DNA of 64,000 nt from Lophium mytilinum (taxonomy: Eukaryota): NCBI GenBank assembly GCA_010093605.1, contig MU004182.1, positions 1,769,032-1,833,031 of the forward strand, read 5' to 3'. Within the stretch, counting starts at the first letter, position 1. Every line of letters starts with the position of its first letter. The position numbers and the translations under genes were made by a program. Under the pieces are notes generated by a model that was not told the origin of the DNA, made no database searches, and saw only the letters and a list, made by a program, of their open reading frames with translations. Below, piece after piece: positions 40,401-50,900 of this stretch.

Positions 40401-41264
40401 TATGAGTATGGAGATCTGATCCCATACCTCGGGATATACACGTTGGAGTGGAAGTCCCATACATCGCGGATGTCTGTCAAGGATAACCGAAATGGCCGCT
40501 TCGTTGTAGAGGACGTTCAGTTCCGAGCCCCAAAGAACGTATGCGGGCGTAGGATCATTCATGAGAAAATTACACATCTGATGCAATTGCAAAGGCCAAT
40601 CGTCCATGGGTCCTAGAATGGTGGAACCCCAATCCACAGAACGGAAGAACTGTACGAAGCGCGAGAAACGTTTCTCTGGGACTGAAAGGTCGGTACAGCC
40701 AAAAGCATGGCGTTCAGTGGAGGTGATGGAAGCACTATCTCCATCATCATAATCCTCTCCTCTCGATCGCCCATTGGAAGCAGACCGCTCCGACCTAGAG
40801 CTATCTTGCGGTAGCTCTAGCTTTTCTTCTTCCTGGAAGATGGTGCCCGGCCCCCCTGAGCGTGCGTCGTCTTCGGGTTGGCCACTGATGATGCGGAATC
40901 TTGATCTCACTGTGTAGGCGATCCATGAGACGCCAGCGAACGAACGCCGGGGCTGGGCTGACCAGTGGCTCTTGTGCTCTTGCTGGTCCACTGCCCAGTC
41001 TCTAAAGCCGATATAGTCGAGGTCCGTATGGCCGATGGCTCTCCCGGAGATGAGTTCATTGAGAGCGAACTGGCCATGCAAAGCCGGGTTGCGATAGACG
41101 ATGGGCGACGGCTGCGATGCTTGCCTGGAGGATGCAATGTCCAATATAAAAGTCGGACGCGGGTCCTGAGCGAGCAACTCGAGGCTCCCCAGTGTGGCCA
41201 GGCCGTTGCCGCCGTCACTGCCCCTCCGACGGCCCACTCCTCGTGCATGCAGCGACGGGGTCAT
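37440..41264 (-). CDS. Hybrid sensor histidine kinase (PAS/GAF-like sensors, HisKA, HATPase, REC)
   Basis: H-box SHEIRNPL, N-box NILGNAIKF, DTGPGL, GGSGLGL, receiver VEDNLVNQ...LLDTEMPIMDG...ISKPF. Four introns. Confidence 0.93.
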
Positions 41265-43112
41265 GGCCACGACAAGTAGCTATTCGACAGCCACGTCTCG
41301 GAGTTGCAACCGCACGAGTGTGGACAAGGTGTTCTAGGGCTGGGCGATCAGGCGGCTCTGTGGCCCCATGGTGAAAAAGTGCGTTAGAAACGGGAGGGGC
41401 GGTGGCATCGCGGCTCGAGGTTGCAGCTGCTAACGTTAGAGCAGTGCCGCTAATGTGGCTCCGGTAAGGTTGGTGCGCGTCGTTTGGGCGTTTATGCGTG
41501 GCGAAGGACTGACGTCTAGAGTAACACTAACGAAAGCGGCCATCCTTGCCTTGGGTAACTATAGTGCTTCGTTTATTGGTTGAGATGAATGCGTGCACGT
41601 GACTGTCAAATTGCACATGAACTCTAGCAAGGCTAATGGACGCTGCTTGAGTAGTAGGACGCGAAACTAGCTGAGGGAAGCTGCCGGGTCGAGTAAATAG
41701 AAGAGAAAGACACTCAAAAGCATACTTGCAATCACGTGACTTATGCTTCCGCTCCCGAGGAGACACTATGGAAAGAAATAACCCAGGGAGCATCCCAGAA
41801 AGCATCCTCCGAAGCTTTCTAGTAGTATAAAGTGCACAGTAAGCCCCTCAGGCCGTTGTTGCAGCTCAGATGAGCGAAATCGGGTGCAACTTTCGCCGGT
41901 AGTATTGACTCTGTTTGCACTTACTATCTCGCAACAACTGATAGACTTCTTCTTAGAACACTTCTGGAGAGCATGTATAGCTGAAGCAGATGTCGGAGAT
42001 GGAACTGTCCATTGCTCACTGCTGTGGATATCATGCCTCGTGTAGGTAGGTGGTATGGCCCCCAAAGCGGGATGAGAGTTGGAACCCGGTGGAACGGTAA
42101 TACGAGCGGCACCTAGCCACATCCATATGCAAAAACGGGAGCGCTGATGTGTGGCTGTGTCCCTGGTGTGAAGAAGGCGGCCTTTTCAAATGCAAATGTC
42201 GTGATTTGCACGCGCTCGTGACAATTGTGGTACTACAGTGCATTGACGACTCGACCCTCTCCCAGCCTTGGCCGGCATTTGGAGTCGTTAAAGCTTTCTA
42301 AACTAAAGGGCATACGCATGACACATAGAAACAATACAGCTGTGCTGATGAGGGAAGGTAACGGAGATGGAAGATTGAAGGAAAGTGTCTACCGCCCGTG
42401 GATGCTGGAGTCGGTTCCACTATTATTTTAGCGGCGGACGAGCCACCTAGCCACATCATACGCAAGCCTAACAACCTCAAGCCTTGCAATCACCATCCCT
42501 CAACATCCTCACCTATCTTCCATCCCAAACATCGCCTCCATCCTATCTGCGGAGCCGGACGACAGAGCCAAGCACGCTGGACGCGTTGTAATTGGATTAT
42601 CTCCCAGCTTCCAGGACCCGTGGCCCGGAAGCAGTTTGATACCTAGGTAGCCTCCGCTGCGGTTACATCTTTGCCGAGAAATCTTCCCAGGCGAAGTGCA
42701 TGAAGTGGAGTGTCCGAACCCGCCGTGCAGAAGTCTGGTGCGTCAAGACTACATTGTGGTAGAATAGCTTGCCGCAATCTCGAGCAGAAGCGGAGACTAA
42801 GCAGCAACGAGAAGGTGGCAATACCCTCTGCGCCCGCCAGTTCGTTCCGATCAGATCAACCCCACAGTCATTTAGATCCGGGCTTTCCTAGCAAAGGCTA
42901 TCCATGCCACTAGGAGGTCTTTGCTGTCATTGTTGGACGTTCTAGTATCGATCACCGGCAGACCAAAAGTTTGCAATTGACGCCCTCTGCTACCTGCCTC
43001 ACTCGTATCCAACCTGATCTATACTTTCCCCCGACCCGTTACGGTCTCAGTATTGATTGAGAGAGGCATTTCAAAAGGGACAGACCGCAGGCTTTGCGCT
43101 CTGCATTGAAGG

Positions 43113-44664
43113 ATGGACGATCCCGAACCTCCGCCTTTCCTCGCCCTTCCTGCAGAACTGATTCATCATGTCCTCTCATTTCTTGGACCACCTCAGCTTC
43201 TAAAGGTGTCTCAAGTGTGTCGACTGCTGTACGAGCACTCCCGAGCTGATCAATTATGGCTTCCTTTTGTCCAAGCAAACGTTCCTGGACATACTCTGAG
43301 AACCCCAGCCCCATCGTCATCCTGGCGTGAATTATACATAGCCTTCCATCCGTACTGGTTCCTTTCCAAACAGAAAATCTGGTTTTCGGATTCCGCGAAT
43401 ACAGGACATCTCATTGTAGCTCGATATGATCCTCGAATTGGCGCTATAGAAGCGTACGCGTTGAGCGCCGAGCGTAGGAAGCCGGCAATCGCCCACTGGG
43501 AAGCGTACCCCGAGGCCATTATCCACACGTTCTCTCCCCTAATTCGGCTCAACCTCGACCTCCCTACCTTGCATATCGATGCCTCTTCCATTGCACAGGC
43601 TATTGGGGATGGAGCCCGTCTCAGCAAGGAAGTACCAATGGACATTTACGGAGGCAGCAACGCATCTGCCGCCATCTTCTCTCGACTCATTCTGTCGCGG
43701 AAACTACCTCCCGCTGCCATCACGCCAATGACCCAAGTCTGGCCCCCGCATATTCTCCCAGCTGCTGAACGTACGCGAAACGAGAGTGGTAATCAATACA
43801 GGAGTCTTGGTCATCGCCCTTCAAAGCTCTCAGAGGTCAGCGAGAATACTTTCAGACTGCGGCAATGGATGGAATTTAGCAGTCGGCCGCACGGACCGCA
43901 TGGTATGAGTTTACGAGTGGCCGAGGAAGTCAGAACCTTCGCGACACTTCCAGCAGAGGTCTACACGCCCACTAAAGAGAAGCCATGGCAGGGTATTTGG
44001 TGCGGCGACTATGCAGGTCACGGATGCGAGTTCCTTGTTGTCATGCAACCAGATGATCCTGCGCCGCTGCCCGAGGCAGCTGAGATGACATTGTCGGCGA
44101 TGAGGAGCTCTAGCGTTTCAAGTGGGGAACGCTGGGTTACTGCACCGATGGTGAGCGAAACTGATGCGATCGCAGGGGAAGAAACCTCACAGCAAGACGC
44201 TGTTACTGAAGATGTGCAAGAGAACCAGAACGAGAAGATGGAAGCAGACGACGAGCACCTGTATCACGGCCGGATCGAAGCCGTCAAACTGACAGGGGAT
44301 CCAAACATCCCTCGCGGCGAATACACCTTCATTGCTCCTGACATTGGTCGCGATGGCCTTATACAAACTGCTCGAGATGAGATGTTCAAGGGTGCCAGGA
44401 TAGTCCGCAGTGTGGGGCACATTGCTGCGAGAGGGTTCCGCGATGGTACGTGAAGCAACTGCACCGTCCCTTCAATCTGCATTCCTTCCACGAAATGGGT
44501 AATATATGCTATTGGGTGTATGGCTAACGCGTGGACCAGACGACTTCATTGCTTCACAGCTTATCCTCATTTCGCATGATAGGTTGGCTCAGTATTGGGA
44601 GACTTTTGGCCATGTCTCATTCTACGAGAGGGTCGATCTTGATCAGCTCATCAAGATACCATAG
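43113..44664 (+). CDS. F-box protein (FBXO31-like C-terminal domain)
   Basis: LPAELIHHVLSFL F-box, GIWCGDYAGHGCEF, KLTGDPNIPRGE. Intron ~44446-44539, last exon ends LIKIP*. Confidence 0.88.
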
Positions 44665-45667
44665 GTGGCTGCGACTTGCTTCTTCACCACCCTCTACATG
44701 TGTTTCTTTTGCGAGGGAATCTTACCGTTGGCTCTGGTGCTATGGCTGTAGCGAGACTCATTGTTGCGGGTTGGCCCATGTCATTGGCCTTGGGAGCATT
44801 GTTTCTTAGGGATGTTCGATTACTATTTAGATAAATTGGTCTCTCGGAATTTGTCTCCTAGTACTCTACTATTCGATAACAAAGGGGTACTTACAATGTC
44901 GGATGCCTTGGCGATGCTCATGAGGCCCCTTGGTCGCACCTGGCTTCAGGTGATCAAAGCTATATCCCCAGCTCAGCATCCCTGTTGTAAGAAATTTTAG
45001 GGGCATAGGGGGCAGCTTCTAGAGTGAGTGAGCTTGGTCGACGATGTGCACCGTCAATGGACAACGAATCTACAGATTTGCACGTGAATCTAATCTCTGT
45101 AGTACGCCCCTTCATCATGACGAGCGAAGTGATGCTGGGTCGTGTAAACCTGCCGTCTCGGGAAGCAAGGATTGCGGGTGCCCAAAACTCCGATGACGTG
45201 GTGAACTGTACAACTTTAATTCTCCCTGCACAACTACGTCGCCCGCGAAGATTCTGATATTGACGGCGGCCTACCTCTTACTCAAGTAGCACAGTCGTAG
45301 TTACATGCAGTCGCAGCTAAAAGACGCGGTTTTTGTAGAAGAAAACGCGTTGACGTAGTTGCGGCAGAGCAAGCAGGGGAGTTCCCGTGTTGATTTCACT
45401 TTTGGTGCGGGCACAGGCAACCATTCGCTGGTAATTCACCGCTTGGACCTTCTGACGCCGACGTATTCAAAAGCACTTGCCAGCCTCCTCTCGACTACAT
45501 CATCCACGGCTTGCACACCACACCAACCACCGTCATCTACCACCACCTCCAGCCTTTGCTTCTGCAATATTTTGGTTCGGTCCACCTTCTATCATTGCCT
45601 GTCTTGGATCATTCCCGCGCCGCTCTAGAATTTTCTAGACTCCTTTTTGGCTACTGAGCACGACACC

Positions 45668-48600
45668 ATGGCTCGAATCCGGAGCCACCACCAGGGCCCT
45701 GGTGACCCTCCTCCTCGAAGCAGTGGGCGGAAGCGCCGCGCCTCTTCTCTGGCCTCAACGCAAACATCCACAAGATCTGTCGAGGCCTCCCGTGGAGCTA
45801 CCAACGAAGGGCGTTCCGCCTCTCCAGACACCGACAATGAGGCTCACACAAGCCCGAAGAAGCGAATCAAGCGTGCTGTGGTGGACGACCAAGATCAACT
45901 CACGCAGGAGTTGCAAGATGCTGTCAATCATACACAGGACTCTATCGAGTCCCCAACCCGAGACAACGTCCAAGTTGTCATCAACGCAGAGCCCCAAAAG
46001 CGGACTCGCTTCTCAGAGCCGCCACCGGTGACTGAAGTTGAGACTACGACGCCTGACGATACACCACCCCGCCCTGCAAGCCAAGCACCGACGGGCCTCA
46101 CTCCCCATCTCGAGCGAATCGGTGCCTTCCAACCATCAAAGTCTGGTCGCCACGCCCGGTTCTCCTTACCGGCTACATTGGATAGTGGAGAGGTTGGAGC
46201 GGCGAATGGTTCTAGCGAAGTGCGCGAGATCCAATTCACCCCACTGCGAGCTGTCCTCGACACGCGTATGAAGCGTCGTCTTCGGCGTAGCCACCTCAGC
46301 GAAGAGGTGAATGACATCGAGGCGCACAACAAGGACGACGCGAAGGACAAGAAAGAGTTAAGGGAACTTCGCCGCCTGGTCAAGGAGAAGGATGAGAAGG
46401 AGAAGCAATTGATGCTGGACCTGGAATTGCAGCGCCAGATGGGGATTCACATACATGATGACGAAAAGATTACGGAGCTGGAAGCAGAGCTTAACGATGT
46501 CAGGCTTGAGCTGACCGAGCTCAAGGCCCAGAGCATCTTCTCTGGTAGCGAGCGAGCGGCCAGCGAAGACCGCACCTCGGAATTTGGCATGGACCACGCC
46601 GTCGATTTCAATGATGAGGACCCACCTGAGTTCGTGGATCCCGACGATATCAACGTGTCGCAGGAAGATATGCGGCCAGTGCCCCACGCCAATGGGTTCT
46701 ACTCTTCTCAGTCCTCCTTCTCGCTATCTCGGATCACGAATTCACAATCCTTATCAGAGCAAGCTTCCCAAGTTAAGCTTCCGAACCCTGCCCATGAGGC
46801 AGATCTTCGCAACTTCGAGGAAGCTCTGGGAAATTTGAGACGAGAGTTAGCCGACACTCGAAGCAAATTGGAAATATTCAACCTCGAGCTCCAAGGTCTT
46901 GGGTTTGCCAACGACCATGAGGCCTCGGATATCATCCTGGAATCGATCCGTACCTCCTTCCGCGAGGCTCGGCTTCAACTTGAGGTCTTGCTTCCAGGAC
47001 AAACTCCCGCGGATCTTCAGAACGGCGCTTTGCTCCAAGCTCTAACCGACCATATTTATGGCTTGATGGGTGAGCTTAAGGTGAAGACTGAGCTAGCCGA
47101 AAACCACAATCAGATAGAACGAGTACTGCAGATGCAGAACAGTGGTCTACTGAACAAGCTCGCGGATTTCCAAGCACAGAATGAAACTTTGCAAAAAGAA
47201 AAGGTGGACTTGACTACCCAAAACGCGAAGAATGTTTCCGAACTCGAAGATGAGCTCCAAACCGCACACTCTACATTGAATCTCCGCGAGAAGACCGTTT
47301 CCGATCAAGAAATAAAGATCAACGGTCTTGAAGATGAAGTGGAAGACATGAGCATTGACAAGCAGCGTCTTCAGGACGCGTGGAATGCCTCTCGTGATGA
47401 GGTCTCAAAGCTTGAGGCTCTTGTCCTCAGCACGCAACAACGCTATGAGCAGGCAATGGAGCAGATGCAATTGGAACATGCCAACACTGTCGAGGAGCTA
47501 GAGTCTCGGCTCGCGGATGAGACGACAGCTCGCGAGGAGGCAGACAAGGAGATAGATCAGAAGAGGCTATTCATCGACAGCCTGGAGAAGAAGATAACTT
47601 CTGCAGAGGCGCACTTGGAAAACTTTCACGACGAGGTCACGCGTGTGCAACTCTCATCTGACGAAGAGAAGGCGGGCCGCGAGGCTGCTGAGACTCTTGT
47701 TGCTCAGCAGACTACTTTCATCAACACCCTTCAAGAGAAGTTCGAGCGGGCGCAAGAATCGCTAGAGCAGCTCCAATCGGAACTTGAGCAACTTCGCACG
47801 CTCGCTGAGGCCGAGCACAACCAGCGTGAGGCCGCTGAACAAGATCTCGATGGCCGCAACACTCGTATCTCGGAGCTCGAGACCAAGCTTCGTGATGAGG
47901 GCATCCAGGCCAACGAACTTCGCCAGAAGCTTTTCATAAATCAGAAGACGACGGAAGAGCGCATTTCTGAATTAGAGGAGGACAAAAAGGTACGGGACGA
48001 GTACTACAAAGATGTGATGAACACGGAGAGTGATCGAGCCAACGAAGCGGAGAATGAATCCGCTAAACGCAACGTCCTCATTGCCGAGTTAGAGCTCCAG
48101 ATCGCGAAAAAGGACGAGGCCGCTGAGCTTATGAAGACGGAATACGATGACTTGCTCAACGCTCGGGACGAAACGATTGAGCGCCTCACAGAGAACCTCA
48201 AGGAGCTCAACGATGATTACACGACGTTGACGGGGACTACTGACCTCACAATCGCCACCTTACAACTCGAAATCAACGGGTTGCAAGATATCATCGCGGA
48301 GCGTGACAGCACTATTGCCATCTTGCGCGATGAAGCCATTCTCACGACAACGCAAAATCAGAACATCATCGCGCAGCAGGATGCCGAGATTAGCACCCTG
48401 ACCACCGACCTCGACACGGCGCGCATGGAAATCGACCAGTTGACCCAAGAGAAGGCATCCCTCGAGAAACGCGTCGAGGACACAGCCAACGACCTCATCC
48501 GCATCAAGAACGCCCATACCACCGAGGTTGAAGGTCTTGATACGACCATCAGCTCCCTCCACGCGAAGATCACCAACCTCACCACCATGCACCAGCAGCG

Positions 48601-49078
48601 CGCTGACGAGTTCGAGACTACCTTGCAGGAGAAGACGGCTGAGCTCGAGGCCCTGCACTTGGTCGCAGAGGGACGTGCTGTCGATATCACGAAGCTGGTG
48701 GCTCAAGTGGAGGAGCTCAAGGAAGCGTTCCGCAAGCAGCAGGAGGACAGCGAGGAGACGATCAAGGCGCTGCAAGAGGGCATGCGCGCGGCGGTGCAGC
48801 AGGCTGAGACGATGTCTGCAGCATACGGCGATCGTGCTGGCGAGGCGCGGAAGGTCGTTGATGCTTTCAAGTTTGAGGGCGTCAAGGTGACGGGCGCGAA
48901 GCTGGACCTGCAGCGCGTCATTGAGGGACGGGTGGGCAAGGTCAAGGAGAAGGTCCGCGTGTCGAAGAAGGGGCGCAAGGGCAGGCGGGTCTTCGATTCG
49001 GGGATTGGGGTCGAAGACGATGACGAAGCGGAAGCCGTTAGCGGAGCTGCGAATGTAGAGGCTCTGAACGGGTACTAG
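45668..49078 (+). CDS. Large acidic coiled-coil protein
   Basis: ~1136-aa intronless ORF with an S/T-P-rich disordered N-terminus, long E/Q/L/K heptad-rich body and basic C-terminal patch. Confidence 0.85.
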   Translation: MARIRSHHQGPGDPPPRSSGRKRRASSLASTQTSTRSVEASRGATNEGRSASPDTDNEAHTSPKKRIKRAVVDDQDQLTQELQDAVNHTQDSIESPTRDNVQVVINAEPQKRTRFSEPPPVTEVETTTPDDTPPRPASQAPTGLTPHLERIGAFQPSKSGRHARFSLPATLDSGEVGAANGSSEVREIQFTPLRAVLDTRMKRRLRRSHLSEEVNDIEAHNKDDAKDKKELRELRRLVKEKDEKEKQLMLDLELQRQMGIHIHDDEKITELEAELNDVRLELTELKAQSIFSGSERAASEDRTSEFGMDHAVDFNDEDPPEFVDPDDINVSQEDMRPVPHANGFYSSQSSFSLSRITNSQSLSEQASQVKLPNPAHEADLRNFEEALGNLRRELADTRSKLEIFNLELQGLGFANDHEASDIILESIRTSFREARLQLEVLLPGQTPADLQNGALLQALTDHIYGLMGELKVKTELAENHNQIERVLQMQNSGLLNKLADFQAQNETLQKEKVDLTTQNAKNVSELEDELQTAHSTLNLREKTVSDQEIKINGLEDEVEDMSIDKQRLQDAWNASRDEVSKLEALVLSTQQRYEQAMEQMQLEHANTVEELESRLADETTAREEADKEIDQKRLFIDSLEKKITSAEAHLENFHDEVTRVQLSSDEEKAGREAAETLVAQQTTFINTLQEKFERAQESLEQLQSELEQLRTLAEAEHNQREAAEQDLDGRNTRISELETKLRDEGIQANELRQKLFINQKTTEERISELEEDKKVRDEYYKDVMNTESDRANEAENESAKRNVLIAELELQIAKKDEAAELMKTEYDDLLNARDETIERLTENLKELNDDYTTLTGTTDLTIATLQLEINGLQDIIAERDSTIAILRDEAILTTTQNQNIIAQQDAEISTLTTDLDTARMEIDQLTQEKASLEKRVEDTANDLIRIKNAHTTEVEGLDTTISSLHAKITNLTTMHQQRADEFETTLQEKTAELEALHLVAEGRAVDITKLVAQVEELKEAFRKQQEDSEETIKALQEGMRAAVQQAETMSAAYGDRAGEARKVVDAFKFEGVKVTGAKLDLQRVIEGRVGKVKEKVRVSKKGRKGRRVFDSGIGVEDDDEAEAVSGAANVEALNGY

Positions 49079-50189
49079 TAGGTGTGTGTGTGTGTGGTTC
49101 CTGTTGGCTTCAATTTGACGGTACGTCGACTGGATGGATGGCTTGCTGGCTACGAAAGGTATGCTTTGGCTATACGTAGTGGGACTTGGTTGCGGTGGTG
49201 CGATGATGTTCCGACGATTACGACGATGTCTGCTCACAAAGGAGGTTCTGATCTTCTTTTGCGGGTTGTCGTTTTGATACGTTAATGTGCGCGGTATCGA
49301 GTCAGCGGCATTGTTGGGCGCGGCATCAGCGGTAATCTGGGATGCTTCCATTCATTTTCCTTAGGGTAATTCGTAACGATAGCGGGATTGGGAAAATTGA
49401 TTACTCTGTGTTCATTTGGCTTGGTGGTTTCTGTGAGTGTGATGAAGTAATCGTGGTGACACGTGAGGAAGCTGGTTATTTTTGCAGGTGAGATCTAGAA
49501 TTGTGGGTATGAGAACATTGGCGGTCGAGTGGTTCCAGGGTGATTACGCACCCTTAGCGTCCTTGGTAATTGACTTCCTTCTGATACTCGTTCCTCAACG
49601 CTGAAACCCAGGTCGCTGCTCTGAACATACAAAGATCTCGGTGGTACCTCTAACCCGCCCAAATCGGCCCCTTCCATCGCAAATACTTCCCAATCGAACC
49701 GCATCCCACATTCCCCCTTCGAGACGCAGCGTGCTCAACGCCTCCAACCTCTCAGCGCAATCCATTGTAACTATGTCCAATCTGACCGCGAATATACGTT
49801 CTTCTACCCACGCCGTAGCCTAGACGTCTCGCACGCTTCTGTCGCTTGCGTCTCTTATTGGTACACGCGGCGTGTTACGACGCGTATGCAGCGTGTGGTC
49901 GCAATGGTGCACTAGATACGGCGGGACTAATGTGCGATCTTGCCCGACAGCAAGCCCAATGCGGGCGACGAGGTGCTGGCCTGCTCGTTCGAGTTTTCGG
50001 CTGTTTTGTTGCATGTAGTTTCCGATCTAACCGTAGGGATGGGGTTTGGTGGAGGTGGCGTGCTATTATAGCGGACACGACTTGTAGATATGATAAAGCT
50101 TAGAGGGGCTAGATGTAGTAGCAAGCTGCTAAAATTGTTATCGCGGCAGGATGGAGGGTCGCTTCTGAGATAGAGTAGGTAGATTTGTG

Positions 50190-50900
50190 AGAGTGAATTA
50201 CGGATTGGACGGTGGTGAGGGCCCTTTTTGGTAAATGCTGGGTGCCGCTCGGCGTCAACGATATTTGGGTACGAGAGGGGGGGTTTATGGGAGTTTTAGG
50301 GCAAGTACTCACGAGTCGAACCGTTGAAATAGCGGTTTTTTAATATGTCGGGTACCACGCGGCGTCGACGATGTGCGAGTACGATAGAGGTCCTATCGGG
50401 GAGTCTTAGTGCAAGTTCTTACGAGTTGAACTGTAGGGCCTGGTTTTAGCGCAGCTGCTGTGTACCACGCTACGTTAACTTTTTGTGAGTACAAGGAGGG
50501 TTGTTCTAGGGACTTCTCTTATAAGTACTCACGAATCGAACCGTTGAAACAGCATTTTTGTTAGACGCAGGTTACCACGCTGCGTCAACCACCCGTGAAG
50601 TACAAGGAGGGCCGCTCTTGGGAGTCTCAATGCAAGTACTCACCAATCGAACCGTGGAGATGCCTTTTCTTATTATACGCCGTGTACTATACTGCCTCGA
50701 TAACGTCTGCAAAGAACAAGGCCCGTTTTGGGGGCTTTTCGTGCAAGTACTCACGAATCGAACCGTCGAAACAGTGTTTTTTATTAGACGCGAAGTGCCA
50801 CGCTGCGTCAAATAATATGGGAGCACACAGAGGGTCGATTGAGAGACTTTTTGTGGAAGTACTCACGAATTGAACCGTAGAAATAGTATTTTCAGACACT
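50190..50900 (-). repeat. Tandem array of ~110-bp units with Pol III B-box/A-box-like motifs (tRNA-like)
   Basis: Core GCAAGTACTCACGAATCGAACCGT at 50301, 50411, 50521, 50632, 50743 and 50855, plus a degenerate unit at ~50190. Period 110-112 bp. Confidence 0.9.

Noticed and set aside
49082..49097. (GT)n microsatellite and similar homopolymer runs
   Set aside because: Ordinary simple repeats.
50190..50900. CRISPR array interpretation of the 110-bp repeats
   Set aside because: The inter-core segments are homologous to each other rather than unique spacers, the context is eukaryotic, and there are no cas genes in the window.
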